From Dehalococcoidia bacterium (GTDB lineage: Bacteria > Chloroflexota > Dehalococcoidia > SZUA-161 > SpSt-899), in assembly GCA_046484125.1 (NCBI GenBank), contig JAWOBX010000049.1, positions 4,437 through 68,436 of the forward strand: 64,000 bases of DNA, in the 5' to 3' direction. The notes beneath the pieces were generated by a model that did no database searches, was not told the DNA's origin, and saw only the letters and a list, made by a program, of their open reading frames with translations. Shown here piece by piece: positions 39,666 to 49,013 of the stretch; position 1 is the first letter of the stretch, and every line of letters starts with the position of its first letter. Position numbers and translations under genes: made by a program.

Positions 39666-40357
39666 ACTGTCAATTCCTTACCGACACCAACTTCTACGAA
39701 ATTATCACCGAACGATTCCTTAAAAGCCTTCATAGCCTCAGCACCGGAACAATGACAAGGCGCAACTTTCTGGACGCCGAGCTCAATGAACCTGTCCACT
39801 ACAGATTCGGGGGGAGAATGGAACCCGCCGAGTACCAGATGTATGCCTGTGCCTGCTACTTCCTTCGCGGTTTGGACAATATTTACGATGCCCGGGTGAG
39901 CACATCCCGTAATAATCACTGTACCTTTAGTGGTTCTAAAAGCTAGTGCTTGTTCCGGGATTATGCCGTGCATCTCACCGGTGGTGAACACCCCTTCAAG
40001 AATTTCCCCTCCCTCAGCTATGTCTTTTACAGCGACTCCGAAGTGTCTCACATTAGACTTATACGATTCAGGGAATGATTCCGGCAGGTAAACCATTACA
40101 TGGTTGTTTGATTCCAGCAATACTCCCAGCCCGTTAGCGTGATCCCAATGAGCATGTGAGAGCGCAACCACTTCAATTTCTCCCGGATCAACACCCAGCT
40201 TTTTCATATTTTCGATGAGAATTGTTCCGTTGGCACCGGTATCGAACAGCATTGTCTTTCCCCCGTACCATATAACGCAGGCAAATCCCCAATCCGCTAC
40301 CAGCTCTGATTTCAACGTTTTATTGTCGAATACTACCAATCCTGAAAATTCCGCCAT
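39662..40357 (-). CDS. MBL-fold metallo-hydrolase
   Basis: SHAHWDHANG motif. Confidence 0.75.
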   Translation of the reverse strand: MAEFSGLVVFDNKTLKSELVADWGFACVIWYGGKTMLFDTGANGTILIENMKKLGVDPGEIEVVALSHAHWDHANGLGVLLESNNHVMVYLPESFPESYKSNVRHFGVAVKDIAEGGEILEGVFTTGEMHGIIPEQALAFRTTKGTVIITGCAHPGIVNIVQTAKEVAGTGIHLVLGGFHSPPESVVDRFIELGVQKVAPCHCSGAEAMKAFKESFGDNFVEVGVGKELTV

Positions 40358-40406
40358 ACTGATCTGACCTCTCTCTGTATATGAGAAGACAATAGAATCG
40401 ATATTA

Positions 40407-41288
40407 CTAAGATTGCTTTATATATGTATAGGGCTCTTTCCTGTATTTCATTGCTTCATTCAAGAACAGTTTACCCGTGAGATATTTAAGCACGGGCGAT
40501 AAATCCACTGACTTGGCGCCCCGCGGACAGTTCTTAACACAACTCATACAACCAAGGCATAAGTTTTCTGCGGATTTGTTCTTGTAAATTTTTGTCTCCC
40601 AATCTATTATACCCATCGGACAGAATTGCACACAAATTCCACAATGGTCGCACTTCTCCAGGTCAGTTTTCGGCTTCGGCGGGATTTCAGGAGTGATCCT
40701 CAGAAGCACATCCCGCTGACCTGGAACATCCTCGGCATGTACTTCATTGAGTGTACCCAGAGAGTCATGAATAGCCTTACCAAAACCACGGGCCAGAGTC
40801 ATATCATTATCGTCAGGTCGCCCCAGAGCTATCGGGAACTCTGAGGACAATGAATGTTCACCTATGAAAGAGGCCACCCCCACAACTTTAAAATCGTTCT
40901 TATCAAGCATCGTTACCAGTTGCTTCAGCCCGATACCAGCCCCCTTATTACCGTATACGACGATGGCTATAGCCAGCTTTCCGTTCCCGTTTACTTCTGC
41001 AAAGCTCTTCGAAAAGAACTTGGGTATCTTATCGAAATAGACCGGCAAACCTACGATGAGCAAATCCGATTCATTTATGAAAGCATCGGGACTGTTGAAA
41101 AAACTTTCCCTCTCATCTGCATTTGAAAGGTTAATGACCTCGTCGTTATTCAACCCCAACCCACAGGATACATTCTCTACTACGGTTCTGGTTGTACCGG
41201 TCGGCGAAAAATACAATTGCTTTATGTTATGTTGTTTCAAGCCACCCCCTGGCTCAAAAGGAACTACCACCATTAATTTACAAAGCAA
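40407..41288 (-). CDS. Flavodoxin-like domain fused to 4Fe-4S dicluster ferredoxin (EFR1-like)
   Basis: YFSPTGTT flavodoxin start; C-terminal CDHCGICVQFCP and CLGCMSCVKNCP. True start may lie downstream of the track start. Confidence 0.6.
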   Translation of the reverse strand: MLCKLMVVVPFEPGGGLKQHNIKQLYFSPTGTTRTVVENVSCGLGLNNDEVINLSNADERESFFNSPDAFINESDLLIVGLPVYFDKIPKFFSKSFAEVNGNGKLAIAIVVYGNKGAGIGLKQLVTMLDKNDFKVVGVASFIGEHSLSSEFPIALGRPDDNDMTLARGFGKAIHDSLGTLNEVHAEDVPGQRDVLLRITPEIPPKPKTDLEKCDHCGICVQFCPMGIIDWETKIYKNKSAENLCLGCMSCVKNCPRGAKSVDLSPVLKYLTGKLFLNEAMKYRKEPYTYIKQS

Positions 41289-41343
41289 TTTGATCGATAG
41301 TAGTCCTAATTATGTTTTCCTCTTGCCGAATAACACACTCGAA

Positions 41344-41802
41344 TTACCTGGGCCGAAATAAAACCTCGCAGGAATCAGCTCCTGTTGCGCGTGATTCAAC
41401 AATATGCATCTCGACATCAATACCACTGACCGATTTGAACTGACCTTGATTGACGCTCATAACCGCTTCGCAAATCTGACGTCCGGCGCCTTCCAGTCCG
41501 ACAGCACATGGTTGACCCTGCTCAGTCCTGAAGTGATATCCATTATTCGAAAGCTCCAAAAGTTGACCACCCAGTTCATCCAGTTTGAACGAAAGGTCGT
41601 TGATGGCACTCGCTGCCGTTTTAAAATCATGGATTTCACGTTTAGTCTTCAAACGCTCCCCGAGTTCCAGTCCCATGTAATACCATGCATCTCTGACTGC
41701 CGGAATCGCTTCATCACCGAACAACTGGTACGAACGCAAAGACAGTCGACAAAGTGCCTGGTAGGCAATGGTGAAGGGGCTTTTATTAGTCTGGTCTTGC
41801 AT
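41344..41802 (-). CDS. Hypothetical protein (152 aa), possibly V4R-like domain
   Basis: No confident family; sits between EFR1-like and HdrD-like genes. Confidence 0.3.
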   Translation of the reverse strand: MQDQTNKSPFTIAYQALCRLSLRSYQLFGDEAIPAVRDAWYYMGLELGERLKTKREIHDFKTAASAINDLSFKLDELGGQLLELSNNGYHFRTEQGQPCAVGLEGAGRQICEAVMSVNQGQFKSVSGIDVEMHIVESRATGADSCEVLFRPR

Positions 41803-41826
41803 CTCTCCTCCCTGTTAACTGGAGCC

Positions 41827-42930
41827 TTATCCTAACGCACGGAGAACAATACCGGTAAAATAGGTCACTGTCTGTTCAAGCTGTCTCTTTTTTGAAGCAT
41901 AGTTCAGGTTGAACGTACAAAACGGACAGGCGCTTATTATCGAATCTGCGGGCATCTCGTTAAGAGTACTGGCGGCTATATCCATCGATAAATCGCGGTA
42001 AACGGATCTTATTCCCCCACCCGCACCGCAGCAAGTTGCCTGCCCCCGGTTATTTTCAGCTTCTTTCAGTTCCACCCCGCACCACCGTAAAACCTCGCGT
42101 GGCTGCTCGGTTATCCCTTCACCCCTGGACAACCTGCATTGATCCTGATACGTTGCGGATTCCTCGATATTGCGGAGAGCGGTTTTGTTCTCCTTGAGGG
42201 AATCGTAAATCAATTCAATAACATGCCTTACACGAAATTCCGTCTCTCCGAGCATGTCCGGATAGAAATATTTGAAGCACTTGAGACAACCGTTACAGGG
42301 GACAACGATCTCTTTAACACCGAGCGAATTGAAACGCTCAACATTTCTCTGAAATAATTCGCCGGCCAGGTCGGTTCGGCCGGATTCATAAAGGTAAGTC
42401 CCGCAACAACCCTCATCCTCGAGAATCATGAAATCCACATCGAGTTTCTTCAGACACAGATAAGTGGAGGCAGCGGAATCCTTTACCAGATACGATGGCA
42501 GACAACCAAGATAAAGAAGTCTTTCAGACTCGTTCTTCGGAAACCTCTCGGGTAACCAGTCGAGGCGGGTCTGAGGATCTCCGTTAACGGAATTACCCTT
42601 TTCTAAAATCCCTTCAATTACCTTGTTGTGTTTTTGTGTCGGCCCCAGACCACGCCTGACCAGCTCTTTACGGGACTCGTGTAATACGAGTGTGAAGGGT
42701 ATCTCTTCAGGACATACGGATTCGCACCGCATACACTTTGGACAGTTGTAAATGCTCTCCATCTGGAGCTCGCCTATGCTCCCGCCCTCAAATATGGCTG
42801 CTGCTGTCTCGAGTCGTTTCGGTGGTGAAAACAACTGGTTATGTGTCACATTATACGTAGGGCATATATCCACGCATTCTCCACAGTCGGTACAGGCTCT
42901 GGCCACAACCGCTACGTCTATCATCAACAA
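41827..42930 (-). CDS. HdrD/GlpC-like Fe-S oxidoreductase (2x[4Fe-4S] + two CCG domains)
   Basis: CTDCGECVDICP, CPKCMRCESVCP, then CCG-type cysteine clusters (CCGTY, CNGCLKC, CCGAGGG, CPFCTFN). Confidence 0.75.
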   Translation of the reverse strand: MLMIDVAVVARACTDCGECVDICPTYNVTHNQLFSPPKRLETAAAIFEGGSIGELQMESIYNCPKCMRCESVCPEEIPFTLVLHESRKELVRRGLGPTQKHNKVIEGILEKGNSVNGDPQTRLDWLPERFPKNESERLLYLGCLPSYLVKDSAASTYLCLKKLDVDFMILEDEGCCGTYLYESGRTDLAGELFQRNVERFNSLGVKEIVVPCNGCLKCFKYFYPDMLGETEFRVRHVIELIYDSLKENKTALRNIEESATYQDQCRLSRGEGITEQPREVLRWCGVELKEAENNRGQATCCGAGGGIRSVYRDLSMDIAASTLNEMPADSIISACPFCTFNLNYASKKRQLEQTVTYFTGIVLRALG

Positions 42931-42946
42931 TCCTGAAATATGTTAC

Positions 42947-43615
42947 CTATATGCGTTCGTACCATCTGGCGACATCATCCGGTGTGAAGGGACCGCCATG
43001 CCCCGGATAAATCACATTCGGATTGTGGTCCAGCAGGTGTTTGACGCTCTCTTTGAGGAGAGACCGGTCGACTTCAAAGGGTGGCAGATTGGGGTGATGG
43101 GGGCGAATTTTCCCAAAAAAACCTCCCATAATCAGGTCGCCTACAAAAGCCTCACCCGTATCAAGTATTACCGAAACAGACCCCCTTGTATGACCCGGCG
43201 TCAACAGGATTCCGCCACTTATTCCGTATTCACCCAGACTCATTTCATTTTCTATGACTAAATCAGGCTCAACCGGAGCTGTTTTTGTAGATCGCATGAA
43301 CAGTGGCATAAGCCGCGCTATTATACCAACAGGTTTGTCCATCCTGGATATACCCGTGCGCGTACAATCCGCATCTTCTGAATGTATGGCAATCTCCGCG
43401 CTTGTCGAACTTTTTAATGAGGAAGCTGATCCCATGTGGTCGAAATGACCGTGTGTGATTATGATCAGATTTGGCATAATTTCCATCTCTTGGCACTTGG
43501 AAATAATATCCGTTTCACCTCCTGGTAAGCCAGTATCGATCAACACCGCTTTTCCAAGTTCCTCTACGATATATGTATTGGCAAATCCTCTAACAGCAAC
43601 CCGTTCAATCCTCAT
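42947..43615 (-). CDS. MBL-fold metallo-hydrolase
   Basis: THGHFDHMG motif. Confidence 0.75.
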   Translation of the reverse strand: MRIERVAVRGFANTYIVEELGKAVLIDTGLPGGETDIISKCQEMEIMPNLIIITHGHFDHMGSASSLKSSTSAEIAIHSEDADCTRTGISRMDKPVGIIARLMPLFMRSTKTAPVEPDLVIENEMSLGEYGISGGILLTPGHTRGSVSVILDTGEAFVGDLIMGGFFGKIRPHHPNLPPFEVDRSLLKESVKHLLDHNPNVIYPGHGGPFTPDDVARWYERI

Positions 43616-43627
43616 AAACAGTCCTGC

Positions 43628-44398
43628 TTATAACTGAGGCCTTCGACGAAGCGTCTGTTCCATGTTTACAGGTTCCACAGCAGGTTTTTGGGATTCGTAT
43701 ACCATGACCACCCGGTCACCGAGCTCCTTGAACTTAGACTTAATGGAAATCATCGTGTCCTCGGCCAGCGGCCGGACTGCGCATGGCCTGGTCGGCGTAT
43801 TGACTTGAACTTCATTCGGTGAAATGGCGGCTGCCAGTTCAGCCATGTCACTGACTCTGACATAGTTCTCCTCCATGAACATCATCTGCAGTGCCAGCCT
43901 GCCGGAAAACCGGCTCCTGAACTTCTTTATGCCTTCGATTATTCCATTCAACCGAATCCCTTCAACGGGCCGATTAACCATTTGGAACGTATGTTCATCC
44001 GGTGCATCCATTTTGGCTACAACAACATCCGCGCGTGACAAATCCCTCCTGACATCGTCAAGAGAGATCAGTGAGGAATTGGTCAATATCGCAACCGGTA
44101 AATCAAGTGTGTCTCTGACAAGTTGAATAGCATCACCAAGGTTAGATGCCAGCGTCGGTTCACCTGTCCCCGAAAAGGTGACAAAATCTGCCGCGATACC
44201 TTTTACTGATATCAACTCTCGAGCAAGCGTATCTATGGAAATATACTCTGACCTTCCAGACGCAAAAGCTTTCGTCTTACCCAGTTGGCAATAGATACAA
44301 TCGAAGGAACATGTTTTTCCCTCTTGAGAAATAAGGTCTACACCCAGAGACCTTCCCAATCTCCATGAAGCGACGGGACCGTATATAATCTCGTTCAT
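43628..44398 (-). CDS. Radical SAM protein
   Basis: CSFDCIYC (Cx3Cx2C) near N-terminus; GTGEPTL glycine-rich SAM motif. Confidence 0.75.
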   Translation of the reverse strand: MNEIIYGPVASWRLGRSLGVDLISQEGKTCSFDCIYCQLGKTKAFASGRSEYISIDTLARELISVKGIAADFVTFSGTGEPTLASNLGDAIQLVRDTLDLPVAILTNSSLISLDDVRRDLSRADVVVAKMDAPDEHTFQMVNRPVEGIRLNGIIEGIKKFRSRFSGRLALQMMFMEENYVRVSDMAELAAAISPNEVQVNTPTRPCAVRPLAEDTMISIKSKFKELGDRVVMVYESQKPAVEPVNMEQTLRRRPQL

Positions 44399-44428
44399 GG
44401 CTTCAAGTCCGATGACTTATGCTCTTAT

Positions 44429-44809
44429 CTAACCCCATTTCTGAACCGTATAGCCTTTTGGCAGATGGGCAGTTCCTTTCACGCATGGGATACCCGTATC
44501 ATTGTGCACCCTTTCGATTATGCTGTCGATATCAGGGCAGAAACCGCCACCTTCCAGCTTCCAGCCCTGGTCCGTTTTATTGGCGAACGTGCAGGTGCAA
44601 AAGTGGATCACCTCAGCACCCTTTTGCTGAAGTATCCTGGCCAGTTCCGGGGTGGAGTCTCCGGGACAGTGACATGTAAAGACACCTGAAAGAGTACACT
44701 CATCATACATAGAGAAGCCCTCTTTTCGGCCTGCCAGACAAGCAAAACAGGCCGTCAATGGACACTGATCCATGTTCTTCTCGCATCTCATGATAGCTAC
44801 CTTCGCCAT
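44429..44809 (-). CDS. CGGC-domain protein
   Basis: AIMRCEKNMDQCPLTACFACL ... FTCHCPG ... IHFCTCTF pattern. Confidence 0.65.
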   Translation of the reverse strand: MAKVAIMRCEKNMDQCPLTACFACLAGRKEGFSMYDECTLSGVFTCHCPGDSTPELARILQQKGAEVIHFCTCTFANKTDQGWKLEGGGFCPDIDSIIERVHNDTGIPCVKGTAHLPKGYTVQKWG

Positions 44810-44825
44810 TGTTCATTGCTCCTTT

Positions 44826-45185
44826 TCAGAAATTGTTATTCAAATCATCGGCCATTCTTCTTTTCCAGCATCTGCCTCCCCTCCCACGACCTCTTCCACA
44901 TCTTCCACCACCCCTCATAAACCAGGTTGAACCTGTCTCACCTAAATGAACAGCCCTTCCCATACGGTTGTCATAAAGCCAGCGAGATGTCGGGTCGCTC
45001 AAAACCTGATAGGCCTCGTTAATCTCTTTGAAACGTTCCTCCGCCCATGCTGTATTTGCCGGATTTCTATCCGGGTGATAAAGTTGCGCCAGCCTTCGAA
45101 ACTCCCTCTTTATATCATCCTGACCGGCGTTTCTGTTCAGGTTTAGAATCCTGTAGTAGTCTTTTTGAACATCATATGGCAGCAT
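44826..45185 (-). CDS. J-domain (DnaJ-like) protein with Gly/Arg-rich C-terminus
   Basis: DYYRILNL...HPDRNP...EAYQVLSD J-domain with HPD; tail GGGRCGRGRGRGGRC. Confidence 0.75.
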   Translation of the reverse strand: MLPYDVQKDYYRILNLNRNAGQDDIKREFRRLAQLYHPDRNPANTAWAEERFKEINEAYQVLSDPTSRWLYDNRMGRAVHLGETGSTWFMRGGGRCGRGRGRGGRCWKRRMADDLNNNF

Positions 45186-45187
45186 AT

Positions 45188-45934
45188 CTACCTCGCCCAG
45201 TGAACGATTTCAAGCAACTTCGCCGGGATAAGCCCTCCCGCCAACCCGACATATTTCCGAATAAGCGCACCGTGTGATTTCGGCTCAAAAGAAGGGAGCC
45301 TTTTCATATCAGGACTCTGGTGTATTTCCTTGATTTTTTGCAGTAACTCAAGATTTCCGCCCCTTCTCTCGATTTCTCTCCACACACAGTCCCTTTGGGT
45401 ATCCAAGGTGCATTCCACACCATCTTCAGGCGCTTTACTGCAAGGCCCGTACAGGCTTCTTGCCGGACATAAAGCAACTGGACATATACCTGCCGTGTAA
45501 GAAATCACACAGTGGCCGCACGATTTGCAAAGTGACTCCGCTATCATATCGCCTTCATAATCACCAGGATGAACCAGGCTGGATGCACCGACCGTGTCGC
45601 ACGCTGCGATGACCGGGATTCCGGGTTCGCACAGGATGGCAGATTTAACTCCTGCAGCGCAGCTAATAACGATAAGTTTGTCTGTATCGGATTTACGCAA
45701 AACAGACTGCTGTGCCTGTTTCATAATCGGTTGAGGGCAGCATGCGGCTATCGTCTTTGAGGCGGTTACCTTGTTTCCCCACCCCTCCACAAGCCCCTTT
45801 ATGAAGTTCATTCCCCTCACACCACCCACATCACATAAATTGGCGCAAGCCCCGCATGATATGATGGCTACGTTATCGTTTTCGCCTATTGAAAATCTCA
45901 ACTCCTCTGCCGATTTGTACCTCGTCTCGATCAT
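45188..45934 (-). CDS. Cysteine-rich Fe-S protein resembling the MTHFR C-terminal domain / MetV family
   Basis: CGACANLCD, CKSCGHCV...GICP motifs; 248 aa; no metF nearby. Confidence 0.45.
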   Translation of the reverse strand: MIETRYKSAEELRFSIGENDNVAIISCGACANLCDVGGVRGMNFIKGLVEGWGNKVTASKTIAACCPQPIMKQAQQSVLRKSDTDKLIVISCAAGVKSAILCEPGIPVIAACDTVGASSLVHPGDYEGDMIAESLCKSCGHCVISYTAGICPVALCPARSLYGPCSKAPEDGVECTLDTQRDCVWREIERRGGNLELLQKIKEIHQSPDMKRLPSFEPKSHGALIRKYVGLAGGLIPAKLLEIVHWAR

Positions 45935-46136
45935 TTTGCTCCTAAGATGCCGCCTGCCAGTGCTGCTGCGATTGCGCTGAGGGAGTCAAGATAAGTTTAT
46001 GCTACACTAATACATGTTATTATAAATCCGCGGGAACCGAAGCTTTCGAGGTGCTGATGTGAAGGTTTGTGTTGATTCCCGGAAATCCGGTAAAAGTAAT
46101 ACAAAAATCTCGATGATTGGTATATTTCCGCTGGTT

Positions 46137-46598
46137 CTATCTTCTCCTGTATGCTTTCTTCCACGGCTCGCGCTTCATCTTGAGGTAATCCTTGATGGCC
46201 TCTTTTATCGCATTGGCTGCCAGCGCAGCGCAATGCTCGTTCTCCTCCGGTAAGCCATCAAGTGATTTCAACACGTCCTGTTGTCCTATCCTTTGCGCTT
46301 CAGCTAGGGGCTTGCCCTTGGCCATCTCAGTGATGACGCTTCCACATGCGATCGTGCTGGAACACCCATCCGTCCAGAATCTTGCATCACGTACAACGTC
46401 ATCTTTAACTTTCAACCATATCTCCATGGAATCCCCGCATGAGCCAAGCGCGCCGCCATACCCATCAGCAGCAGGCATTTCGCCCACATTGCGTGGATTC
46501 ATAGCGTGATCTATGGTCTTTTCCGAATATATCTTTCTGATGTCTTCCAGGACCATTTCCTGAAGCTCTTGCTGGATCTGGTCGATATCTTTTTCCAT
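46137..46598 (-). CDS. IscU/NifU-N-terminal-like Fe-S cluster scaffold protein
   Basis: Three scaffold cysteines in GSCGDSMEIWLKV, DGCSSTIACGS, HCAALAANAIKEA. Confidence 0.75.
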   Translation of the reverse strand: MEKDIDQIQQELQEMVLEDIRKIYSEKTIDHAMNPRNVGEMPAADGYGGALGSCGDSMEIWLKVKDDVVRDARFWTDGCSSTIACGSVITEMAKGKPLAEAQRIGQQDVLKSLDGLPEENEHCAALAANAIKEAIKDYLKMKREPWKKAYRRR

Positions 46599-46764
46599 TT
46601 CTGCCTTTACCCACTATCAATTTTACGTCATATCAAGAGCAAACCTCTTTTATAATTTGCTTGAAATTCCAGATGACCTCTTGTTTCTCCACGTACGGGC
46701 TGAGTATTTGCTTTGTAACCACCTTACTTCAGTGCTGCAGTCTAATTACCAGATAATACAAAGA

Positions 46765-47103
46765 CTAGTGGTCGCATGTATTATCGCCCGTCTCCAGATT
46801 TCCCTTCAGATATTCCATGACTATCTCTTGCGGTTCCATAGAGGGTGCACCGATAACCACATGGATTCTGCTCTGCCAGAACAGGTCCTGTGCCCGTGTA
46901 CCCATACCGCCCGCAATGACTACCGAAACTCCCTGCTCGGCGAGCCAGCCTGGCAGAACCCCCGGCTGGTGTCCGGGAGAAGGAACAATCTCCTTACTTT
47001 TGACAACCTTGCTATCCTCATCCGCATCTACAAGTGCAAATGCCTGGCAATGACCGAAATGCTGATCAAGAACACCATCGCTTACAGGTATTGCGTATCT
47101 CAT
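46765..47103 (-). CDS. NifB/NifX/NafY-family dinitrogenase FeMo-cofactor-biosynthesis-domain protein (stand-alone)
   Basis: MRYAIPVSDGVLDQHFGHCQAFALV start typical of PF02579 proteins; 112 aa. Confidence 0.7.
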   Translation of the reverse strand: MRYAIPVSDGVLDQHFGHCQAFALVDADEDSKVVKSKEIVPSPGHQPGVLPGWLAEQGVSVVIAGGMGTRAQDLFWQSRIHVVIGAPSMEPQEIVMEYLKGNLETGDNTCDH

Positions 47104-47148
47104 CTTCCTCCTCTTTAATGCTGTGCATTATCTTAACTAAAATTACCG

Positions 47149-47394
47149 TCAGTTTTCATTCTTTCGGCATGTACCACCTGTGGAACAGGGTGGTGCGTCA
47201 CAACGCTCCTCTCTACCACAGCATGTCGTGCCTGATGTAGTAATCCCCGTCCTTATTGCATACGACTTGTTGAGGAGTCTTTCCACATTGGCGCTTCCAC
47301 AATCCGGACAGCTCACGCCACTGATATCCGAACTATGCAGCAACACCTCGGCTACCGCTCCGCAATCACTACACTTAAAATCGTATATGGGCAT
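47149..47394 (-). CDS. FmdB-family zinc-ribbon protein with Cys-rich tail
   Basis: MPIYDFKCSDCG...CPDCG; C-terminal TTCCGREERCDAPPCSTGGTC. Confidence 0.7.
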   Translation of the reverse strand: MPIYDFKCSDCGAVAEVLLHSSDISGVSCPDCGSANVERLLNKSYAIRTGITTSGTTCCGREERCDAPPCSTGGTCRKNEN

Positions 47395-47424
47395 TATTTC
47401 TCCATATCGCCAGAAATTTTTATT

Positions 47425-47634
47425 TCAGGCCCAGCTTCCAGGACGAATATATTTTGCCTTTTCCCCACCACCCCCATAGGCCATTCTCCAGTACCTGCAG
47501 ATCCTGTAAGTGCTGTTCTCAGGCTTAAAAGCTCCACAATGAGGACAGTATGGCGGGTCACCTTCCTCCTTACAGGGTTCAAGCAATTCAAATTCCTCAC
47601 CACATTTGTCGCACCGATATCCAAAAATAGGCAT
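47425..47634 (-). CDS. FmdB-family zinc-ribbon protein
   Basis: MPIFGYRCDKCGEEFE...CPHCG. Confidence 0.7.
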   Translation of the reverse strand: MPIFGYRCDKCGEEFELLEPCKEEGDPPYCPHCGAFKPENSTYRICRYWRMAYGGGGEKAKYIRPGSWA

Positions 47635-47695
47635 TATTCCCCTTTCTAGGTATCATAACTCACTGTCAGGACAGACCTGCCCTATCTCAAATTGC

Positions 47696-47884
47696 TCAAC
47701 CTCCTGAAGGGGCCGGAGCGCATCCGGTATCCGAGCCTCCGCTCCTCGCGAACACAGATACACTTCTCTCAGGACTCTCCTCCCCGCATCTGGGGCACTT
47801 GATCTCGGAATCATCGTCACTGAAGCGCCTCATCAACTCGAACTTGTGACCGCATTTGCTGCACACGTACTCATAAATCGGCAT
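47696..47884 (-). CDS. FmdB-family zinc-ribbon protein
   Basis: MPIYEYVCSKCGHKFE...CPRCG. Confidence 0.7.
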   Translation of the reverse strand: MPIYEYVCSKCGHKFELMRRFSDDDSEIKCPRCGEESPERSVSVFARSGGSDTGCAPAPSGG

Positions 47885-47895
47885 GACAGATCACC

Positions 47896-48756
47896 TCAAG
47901 ATGCTATTATTCTGGAGACCGATTGCCACATCGACTCCATTTGTCGGGCAACTTCTCCACTGGTGTATTCTATCACAGGTACACCTTTAATAAGAGCCTC
48001 CGTGATCACATCATCATATGGAATCCTGGCAACAACCTCAAGTCCAAGCTCCTGGCACGTAGACTCAATACTGGTGGTATTTTCTTCGCTCAGATCATAT
48101 TTGTTAATGCAAACCATAGCCGGGACGCCAAAATGTTTACAAACTCCAATGACTCTCTCAAGATCATGCATACCCGAGAGTGTCGGTTCGGTAACAACAA
48201 GCGCGGCGCTCGCGCCAGACAGTGATGAGATCACCGGACACCCGATGCCCGGCGGCCCATCGGTGATAACATAGTCAAGTCCCATCTCCTCACCCACCCT
48301 CCAGGCCTCTTTTCTTACCGTGCTCACCAGTTTACCGGAGTTCTCCTCGGCTATTCCGAGCCTGGCATGTACGAGCGGCCCATATCTGGTATCCGAAAAA
48401 TACCAGTGCCCTGAAAGGTTATCCTCCATTATGATGGCTTCCTCGGGGCATATGTGAGAACAAAAACCGCAGCCCTCGCAGAACGAAGGATTAACCGCAT
48501 AATCACTGATGGCATCAAACCGGCACATATCCTCGCATAGACCGCATTGCGTACATTTTTCCGGCTCTATTCTGGCGGTCTGACCGCTCCAGAATTCGTT
48601 ATCCTGTTTCCTGACCGGATCAAGCAAAAGGAATAGGTCAGCGGCGTCAACATCGCAATCGCACAGGACCTTATTATCCACGAGGCAGGCCAATCCGCCT
48701 ACTATACTGGTTTTTCCGGTACCACCCTTACCGCTGAGAACAACGACCTCTTTCAT
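47896..48756 (-). CDS. MinD/ParA-family P-loop ATPase with inserted 2x[4Fe-4S] ferredoxin domain (MinD-Fer)
   Basis: SGKGGTGKTS deviant Walker A; CTQCGLCEDMC and CEGCGFCSHICP insert; start set at MKEVVV. Confidence 0.75.
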   Translation of the reverse strand: MKEVVVLSGKGGTGKTSIVGGLACLVDNKVLCDCDVDAADLFLLLDPVRKQDNEFWSGQTARIEPEKCTQCGLCEDMCRFDAISDYAVNPSFCEGCGFCSHICPEEAIIMEDNLSGHWYFSDTRYGPLVHARLGIAEENSGKLVSTVRKEAWRVGEEMGLDYVITDGPPGIGCPVISSLSGASAALVVTEPTLSGMHDLERVIGVCKHFGVPAMVCINKYDLSEENTTSIESTCQELGLEVVARIPYDDVITEALIKGVPVIEYTSGEVARQMESMWQSVSRIIAS

Positions 48757-49013
48757 TCCGGCACCTTCGCCCAAATCCGAAATACCCTCTCGCCGTCACG
48801 CTCATAACAGGCCAATCCCGCTGGATCCACCTCTTCTACCTCAATATCCCCGTCCCCATACACTTCCCTGAACTGTTCCAGCCAGTTACGAAAGTGAGAG
48901 CCACCTCCGAAATAGACTTTTCTCCACATGTTACCTTCTCTATCGGCTCTCTCTCTGATCGCTTCTTCACGTGCTATCCATTCAGGGGCGCAAGCCTCGC
49001 TCTCCATTAACAT
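48753..49013 (-). CDS. Small hypothetical protein between the two MinD-Fer genes
   Basis: 86 aa, acidic; overlaps both neighbours by a few codons (translational coupling). Confidence 0.4.
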   Translation of the reverse strand: MLMESEACAPEWIAREEAIRERADREGNMWRKVYFGGGSHFRNWLEQFREVYGDGDIEVEEVDPAGLACYERDGERVFRIWAKVPE

